In this document: positions 55,401 to 64,000 of the stretch, one piece after another
How positions within the stretch are numbered: position 1 is the stretch's first letter
Layout: every line of letters begins with the position of its first letter
NCBI RefSeq assembly: GCF_000150275.1
Contig: NW_002060946.1
Span: 3,677,454-3,741,453 of the forward strand
Source: Trichoplax adhaerens
Taxonomy: Eukaryota > Animalia > Placozoa
Length of the DNA: 64,000 nt
Direction of reading: 5' to 3'
Notes under the pieces: generated by a model
Seen by the model: the letters and a program-made list of their open reading frames with translations, nothing else
Database searches by the model: none
What the model was told of the DNA's origin: nothing
Translations under genes and position numbers: made by a program

Positions 55401-58400
55401 GCCTCATTAAGCAAAATAGCAACATGATCTATACAACTAGACTTGTAGCATCATTTTTCAAATGCAATAGCAAGATGCGATTTCTTAGAAATGATAATAG
55501 TTATGACCGTTTATTGCAGTTATTAGGAGCAGTAGATAAGATTGCTTTTTGGGTGGATCTCAACTCCATTGTGGACATGTTGACTATTCCACCTATCATT
55601 GTGGCCGCTCTTCTAAACTCGGATTGGCAAGGTAGCTATAAATTAAGAACGATTTCTGGTATTCTAATATAAAATTGCTTTCATGAAATCTATCTAATTA
55701 CCATTAAAAGCAAAATAATAGCTACAATTAAGGTAGATAATATTAGTAAATATTCTTTAACAATAAGTTATTTCAATACATGATACTGTACTATCATGTT
55801 AGTAATGCCTTTTTAAAGGCTGCTGAAAGTGGTTCTTAGTGGTCTGAGACTATATGTATTGGATCAATTTTCAAAATGTAGTATTGCTCTCCATTGCTTG
55901 CAAATCAAAGTTGCTTCATTAACTTTAATTCTATACATGTTATCATATGTTTCAGAATCTTTCTATTCCGTTGTAATTCTATTTATTCACTATTAAATCA
56001 ATTGCATTATCAATCATTACGGGATATGGCTTTACAGTAACTACATAATGCCTCTATGTCAGTTAATTTTCATTTGTATTGTATTTACACTACTATAAGT
56101 TTTCTGTTTAAGTCCTGTAAGGCTAATATAGACTCACGTTTCTAAGCGTTACTTCTAATCTATAGATATCTGCATATTTATGCTTATGCAGTTCTTCTTA
56201 ACGTTATCATACTTACAATGCATTTTACAGCTTCCAATATTGTTCGTATTAAGTTCTAATTTTACGTATTATGTATGCATTTATTATTATACACTTTTTG
56301 ACCTCAGTAATCGCTATTTATACAAATTTGTGAGAACATATTGGCAATAACTATAATAATCTTTTTTAGTAATATTTTATGTATCATTCTTATAAATTAA
56401 TTTTTGTTTAAAATAGGTCTAAAATTTTGTCGGTCTTTAATAATATGTAAAATTCCTGATACTTTACGATATTTTGGTATACTAGCGTCAAGGTAAGGTA
56501 CCTAGCGATGCTAGGTTAACAATATCAGCATAAAATATTTTAATTACTGCAAAGAAGATATTATGGATTCTTAACTTGACTTTTGTTGTAGTGAACGGAC
56601 AAAGGTGGCAAAGATGATTTGTAATATCACGGGTTGGTGGTTAGCAGCTGCCGGAGCATTTCATTTGGTTAGTTGGATTATACAGTAAATAGTAGATGCA
56701 AGCTTATATAGTTACATCGTCCATTCATGACATATCTGTTAGTAGAGATGACTGAAGAGTAACCGCAAAGTAGTAGAAAGATATTGTTAATTAGACTGTA
56801 CTAATAGTAATTATGGAATATACAATATACGCCTATACCACAGATTGAGACCAATGGAGACCCTTGGAATGTTCCTTCGAATGCTCGTACCATTAGCTAT
56901 TTCGAGAGTGTTTGGTATCATATGGTAAGATACGTTTATGTGTTTTTTCAACGTTAAATTTAAAGTTGAAGAATTAATCAATTCCATATATGTTTAGTTA
57001 TAAATGTTAGATAAACACCCATTTGGTGACCTACTAGTAAAGTATTCACGGTTTTATGTACGTGTTCGTTTTACTATATCATTTGTACTTTTATTATAGG
57101 TTACAATGTCAACTGTAGGGTATGGTGATATAGTTCCTAACACTATTCTTGGGAGAGTCTTTGCCATGATATTTATCATAGGAGGATTGGTACGCGAATA
57201 ATATGATGATTACAATCTAGGACAAAAAATTTAAGATTTGCGTTCGTTATGTCTATAATAAGATAGACTTAATGTTTTTGCATACATGTATTTATTTATT
57301 TTCTGTTATTTACAGGCTTTATTCGGTAGCTATATCCCGTTACTTGCTGAGATTTTATTTAGCAAGACAAAATATCAAGGTCGCTATATTCGCGCTAGTG
57401 AAAAAACGTAAGCCCAAGATGATACAATAACAGAATATCTATGAAACTTCTACTCCATGATTTGATGTAAAATAGATTTCAGTGTTGTAGGAAAATATGA
57501 ACTTATAGCTAATAATATTCTAATTAATGAACAAAATTGCTAGGCATATTATCGTAAGTGGTTGCATTAATGGTGATAATGCAAAAAATTTTTTACGAGA
57601 TTTCTTCCATAAAGATCGTGTGAAGGGCAATATTAAAGTCGTTTTCTTGAGCAAGTAAGTCGAATAGTGTACTGTATTATTTGAATTAAGCGAAGATTTT
57701 ATTACCTTGATATTAGACTTTATGATCTAAATATAGATTACATACGATTATATGTTGATTATTTCTTAATCATATACAAACTTTCTCAGCTGTGCTAGTT
57801 TTACTGTAATATCACACTATTACAGATTATTTGATTTATGATTATTCCTAAATATAGAAATAAACCTTCGCCTAAGATGGAAGAGGTCCTGAAAAAGAAT
57901 TTTGCTTCAACGTTATACTTACAAGGTTCAGTGCTAGAGCCAGAAGATTTGGACCGAGTAGCGGTGGGCTATTTAATTTTGTAGCTATTGAATCGCATTC
58001 CAATATTTGTGTTAGCGGAACTTTTATTTATGCTCCTATTTTTATTTATTAACAGATCAAAGAAGCCAATGCTTGCATCATCCTGTGTGATAAATCTTGT
58101 GCAGATCCTGAGCGAGATGATGCAGAAAATGTCATGAGGTAGAGTTATTTGCTGCTGAGATTTGTTGAGATGACCAAAAAAGTTTTTAATGTAACCTGTA
58201 TTGGAATTACAACGTAGGGTCATTGCTATCAAAAATTATATGCCATATATGAAAGTCATTGTGCAAATCAACCGATATAAAAGTAGATCTGTATTACAAA
58301 ATATTCCTAGTTGGAGGCCAGAGAAGGGAGATGCTGTCATTTGTCTGAGTAGTGTAAGCTAGCTAAAGAATTATCTTGATATTTCTGCAAGCACATTCTG

Positions 58401-61400
58401 TAAATCGATTAATTAGTTGAGTACACTTATATTTATTCTTTTAGCTAAAACTTGGATTATTTGCTCAAAGTTGTTACAGTCCAGGCTTTTCCACATTAAT
58501 GACCAATATCTTAACAACTCGATCTACCAATGGAGTAAGATAGTTACCCGTTATAGTTAACAATTGTGAAACAAATATTTTGATATATTTATGTATCTTG
58601 TCGTTTTACAATATTGATTGTTTAATCATAGGAATCAGCTTGGCATTCTGGAGATTGGCTTTCACAGTACACAAATGGAAGCGCTCATGAATTATATACC
58701 AGAAAGCTATCCGCAGCTTTTCATGGCTTATCATTTGCAGTAACTGCCGAGTAAATATTTATAACTTTTCATTATATGTTACCAGATGCTGCCAGTAAAA
58801 ATTGCTACTCAAATATTGTTTTTGATACATGATTATTATTATTTATTCATTTAGAGTATGTTATCGTCAGTTGAACTTGCTACTACTTGCAATCGAGTTT
58901 AAGGACCCTATTACTAGAGAAAGAAAGTAAGTTGTAAATACGTAATAATAAAATGAGGTTGGCATGCATAACGTATGTACTTAGTAAGAATAAATAACTG
59001 TCTAAAGGATTGAGATGAATTAAGATATAAATAATGTTCTTACTGTACTTTTCATCGATTAATTCTAATTTATAGATCTGTTGCTGTTGTACCTTAATAA
59101 ACTGTCTCATTCCTTTGGTAATTCAATGCTTTTTCTTAGATTTTACGTCAATCCTTCTAGCAAGGAAGCTATTATTACCGAGAATACGTTCGGCTACTTT
59201 ATTACTGATTCTTCAAGAGATACTAGAAGGTAAAGTTAGTAGTTAAAAGTGTAGCGAGGGAATTTTGGACTAAAATGATTTAATATATTAGCTAGGCATC
59301 CTTGGTATTATTATTAATTTGTTTCTCTGGTTTAGAATAGATACTAAGATCACATTATATAATCAAAAGATCAGTCTCTAAAGTTAACTGTAATACTTAT
59401 ACAGATTTGTAGTTTTATCGTCTGTTCTAAAGATTATAATCTAACTTTTAGGGCGTTTGATTATTGCGGCACTTGCCATGCTGATATTCTTGATCCGAAG
59501 AAAATTCTTAAATGCCATTGTAAAAATGGTAATAAAGTGCTTATAGAATATTTTTATACTGAATATCGTTGTGTTCATATGAAAGATGTAGTATAGCATA
59601 TAAAATTTTTCAAAATATGTATCTAAACTCATGAATTATATATATTAGCATCTTAAACCTATGATAACTTGGTTCATCTTGCTTATTTCACAGTGGGGTT
59701 ATTTCAAGGCAATTCCGTAATTCCAAATCCTAACAGTATAAAAGCGAGTAATGGGCTTGCTTCCACATCTCGTCAGTATGACAATCAACGTGACAGTATA
59801 GTAAAAAAGTCAATGCATCTATTGGAAGATGCAGCTGGGTGTCCTGTTAGAGATTTTGCTTTTGACTCGACTGGGATGTTTTACTGGTCCAAGAAAAAAG
59901 AACTTGAAGATGTTATACTGGTAATTTGCTTCGACCTTTAACACGTCATGGGAAGATATCAACTTTATATTTTGGATGCATATTGCTGTATTAGTGGTTA
60001 TATAATGTTGTAGCATGAATTATTTATCTATATATTAGTTGAAACAATCGAAAATTAGGAAGATAATTACTGTGGCTATTATATAGTACTGATGTATTTT
60101 TAGTTTGAGATTTATAAGTACTTACGTGAATTATCTTTATAAATTTACATTTTAAGGATCGTGATACCGTCTACGAAGATATGCATAGCCATGTTGTTAT
60201 ATGTGCCTATGGCGATGATAATACAGCTCCTGTTGGCTTAGCAGCCATTGTAAGAATTAAATTTGTTTTTAAAATTTACTTACTATTATTTTTAGTAATA
60301 TTAATCAATCCAGTTTTGTTTTGCTTTCATAAGATACTATGAATTTACTTATATCAACTTACGGTTTGATTTATTCTGATATTTAGATTGGACCTCTTAG
60401 AACATCAAATATTCCCATTGATGAACTAAAAACAATTATTATACTAGGTGATATCCAGTATATTAGGAAAGATGTAAGTGTCTTTTAGATAGCGCGTACT
60501 GAAGTAGATAAAAATTTATATGTGGATGATAGTTATAGGCCATTTTAAAATTTTTGTTGGTTTGTAGTGAAGGTATGAATAGCGTACAGTTATCTGGTAT
60601 ACGATTTAATGCTTTAAATATGTTTTCGGATCTGTGCGGCGATTGTAACTGTTTATATAATATAATTCTTATTTAGTGGGAAAACATCTGCAACTTTCAC
60701 AATGTCTATGTGATGCATGTAAGTTCATAAATGTGTATTTTGCAATGGTATAAATGTATACTGTAGATTATAGCACATAGAAAGATGATATAAATTAAAT
60801 ATTTAGATTTATATGGAATTCGTTTTTATTCTTTGTTGTTCTAATTTACTTTAAACACTTACTTCTCAAAAATATTAATTTTTGATATTTTTACAGGGCT
60901 CGCCTCTACGACGTGGAGATATCCGATCTGTAAACATTAACCTGTGTGATATGTGTATTGTATTGGCGATTAAAACTAAATTCGATATTGACGATCCATT
61001 TCTGGAGGATAGGGAGTCAATATTAGCCTCTCTTAATATCAAAGCAACTGATTTTAAACCAATTGATTTACCTGATAAAGAAATCATTGGCGGTGTGTTT
61101 AATCGACCTGGTGGTGTACCAACAAAGGGACATCAAGTTCCTATGTTAATTGATCTAGGTAATGTGTTACAGTACTTATGCAGAAACAGTATCATGGCCT
61201 ATAGGAAAATCAATACTATATTAAGAAAGGTTTTATACTGTTTTATTACATTTAGTTAACGGAGATAATGTCGAATTTGTTGACGATGATGATGATGATG
61301 ATCCAGATCTAGAGGTTCATTTAACTCAACCATTTGCGTGTGGCACTGCATTTGCATCAACCGTACTAGATAGTTTGACAAGTATGGTAAGTAGGAAAGC

Positions 61401-62578
61401 TAAACTAAAATTTAAAACGCGCAAAATTATCATCAATTCTTTGAGAACACAAAGGTTTTTACTAGTAGAAAGTATTTCTGCATTATGTATACTATATTAT
61501 TAAGATGGAATTACAATTTTTTGTTTCATGTAGGTTTATTATAATAGATCATGTTTAAGTATCATTAAAGGGTTAGTTACTGGTACATTTACTCAAGAGT
61601 TAGAACGTCAACTTGCTGAATATAGCCGCTTACAGCCCGGTAGTAATCTATCATGTGAATTTTTGCAATCATCTCGTGATCGTTGTCGAGTTTCACAATT
61701 AGGCTTAAATGAAATGCCTTTGGCAGAATTTGCTGTTAATTCACAAGGGGTTCGTATATTTTCTGATATTGTATATTTGCAATTGTATGATCGTTTGCAT
61801 TTATTAGGACGTATAATGTACGCATTGGAGGACAATTTTTAACTATGACTGAAAATTCTTCTCTTAGGAGGTAGCTACTTGTTCTTTTGGAGAATTATTC
61901 AGTTTCGCTATGAGGACATACTCTATTATGTGCTTGGGAGTTTATCGATTGAAAAACACCGATCCTCGAAGTTTATGCAGGAAACGTTTTGTGATTACAT
62001 TACCACCTAGTAGGTTTATAGTTCTTCCAAGTGACAGAATATTTGTGTTAGTTCCGTTTCATATCAAACTACCAGTTCACGCTAGAAATCAACAACCACT
62101 TACCAGACCAAAAAGTAAAGGCAAAAGTGTTACAACTAAGAATACGCGAACGGTGGCGACTCAAACAGAAACAGAATTAAATCCGGTGACTGCACAAACA
62201 GCACCATATGTGTCAATGCCAATTGAAGATGCTACCATATTAACTGACCAGATACAGCCTGATGGCTTTCTTGCACATAAGCTTTCGTCAAGAAATTTGG
62301 TTGTAACTCCGGGTAGCAATGATTATAACCATTTTCGTCATTATTCAAATGACCCTCTCACATATAACAACGATTATCGAAGCGTAAGCACTCTTCCTTC
62401 AGTTTACTCTCATGATAGTAAATTATATGAACCTGTTTCACTTGATCAAAGACCTCTTACGTCTGGATTATATGAACGTAGTCGTGAAAGGAGAAGTAAA
62501 AAGAGCAAGAAGAATAAAGCTGAGAAAGAACGTTATCCTATGATGCAATTATACGAAATTGGTTCAGTAGACACTTAA
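52495..62578 (+). CDS. KCNMA1: Slo1/BK-family Ca2+-activated K+ channel alpha subunit, divergent, >20 exons
   Basis: S0 [18 protein letters not shown]; S3 [11 protein letters not shown]; filter TMSTVGYGD; RCK1 [28 protein letters not shown]; CGTCH; FDSTGMFYW; RCK2 [23 protein letters not shown]; Ca bowl [17 protein letters not shown]; RDRCRV. Confidence 0.92.
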
Positions 62579-64000
62579 GTGTGATTAATTTACCTCTTTT
62601 CGGCGAATTTGAATACATACGAGATTGTACAGTATATTGTATAAAATCAGTGTATATATTTGTTATCGTGCATTATTCATTAATGGAAAGCTGTATGTCG
62701 GTCAGATGCATACAATTAATTGATCAAGAAGATAGCAATATATATAATTCACTGTACACCAAATTGAGAAAATTTCCATGTTTCCTGCACTTTCTGAGCT
62801 AATTCTATACAAATTGGAAATATACTTGATGTGGTAGAGTGCAATATAATATATATAATCGAAGGCTTATGTTGGTATATATGCTACTGGATATATTGAT
62901 ACCATTTATTAGCTTATATTGGTCAACTGTTACGATTGCTTGAAAGGCTAATCTTAATACTACACTGCTCGTATATACTAAAGAATTTTACTAAGCATAT
63001 CCAAGAATAGTATTTTGCTACAAATATAAAACAACATACGCCTATTTATGATTTTATTACACACTACAAAAATATCCAGCTAAAATATTGACAGTCGTAT
63101 TTCTTGGAGTATAGATTAAGATTGGTTAAAATAATAATTGATGAAATACGTACTCATTTACAACTATTTGACGGCATAACATTTTATATTATTTGAAAAT
63201 TGTGATGATAAATTCACTTTTAAGCACTATCGATGAGAATATTTTTAAGTACTGTATATATCTGTAGTTTTATTTTATGCAGCATCGTCTTTGGATACTG
63301 GGTACCGTATCCTGAATATACATACGCGTATACTCGCATAGACGCATGTTCGTGGGATAATTAATTTATGAAAATTTTATTCAAGCCGATGCATTTGATA
63401 CTGCTGCGATATCAATATTTTGATGAATTTTGTTTTTATAAAACTAGCCTATTCTATTTCGATTATGATAATTTCAATTTATTTATAGTAGCAGTATTTC
63501 TATCAATCAATTCTATTTTCAAGTGTCCAGTACTCATTTTATATCCATAATTTTATTTATAGTATACAATACTACGCGTATATGAAACGTAATTATTAAG
63601 GTATAAATTTTAAATTTATAAGTAAAAGCATTTAGAGTAATGTCGCCTTGGTTATTGTTGTCTGTCAATAAAGGCAATTATTACAAGATAGAGCTAGTCT
63701 GGTACGGTAATACTTTGATTGAATCTCTGTGCTAAGCGGCAAAGTCTGCATAGGCCTCAAGCCAGGCATCTGTAAAATATGTTTAAATCAATCCGAAAAT
63801 TCCGCTACTCTTACTACAGTACTGCAAATTGGATAGGAGTATTTTTAAGTATAGCAGTTGTAGTCCATAAGTTTATCTCTGACCTCCTCATTATATTCCA
63901 GTAGAGGGTAAACCCGAAAGATTTGAACGGGCTTAGAACAGTTTACTTTTAATTTTAAAATATTGAGCAAGCTATATGAAATTCATATATACTGAGAGAG

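Noticed and set aside
5839-62578. Functional junctophilin-BK gene cluster
   Set aside because: The genes are 43 kb apart with housekeeping genes between them; proximity alone is not evidence.
1-64000. tRNA, rRNA, snoRNA genes or autonomous transposons
   Set aside because: None recognised by eye; a covariance-model search would be needed to exclude small RNAs.

Overview
AT-rich, intron-dense animal genomic DNA with no prokaryotic features. Compact short-intron genes and composition suggest a placozoan (Trichoplax-like); this is inference only. By stitching exons at GT-AG sites I reconstruct eight protein-coding genes: junctophilin-like (+), eIF2-beta/EIF2S2 (-), two tandem DHRS1 paralogues (-), CEP72/LRRC36 (+, with a U12-type intron), a truncated p25alpha/TPPP-like protein with a long acidic tail (-), RPB3/POLR2C (-) and a Slo1/BK-family K+ channel (+). 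Main findings: (1) the TPPP-like gene lies tail-to-tail with CEP72, like human CEP72-TPPP and LRRC36-TPPP3, but an acidic tail replaces its C-terminal Gly-rich region; (2) the Slo channel keeps its pore, Ca bowl and CxxCH but has substituted R213, all four Mg2+ ligands and E535, and has a near-perfect RFX X-box upstream; (3) the junctophilin has no C-terminal TM anchor, ends in ETTV and has a ~800-aa joining region; (4) one DHRS1 copy has lost its catalytic Tyr. Also present: several local tandem repeats, a telomere-repeat plus hairpin element, and a dense TACWGTA cluster. Family assignments and human residue numbering come from recalled sequences aligned by eye, not from a database search.
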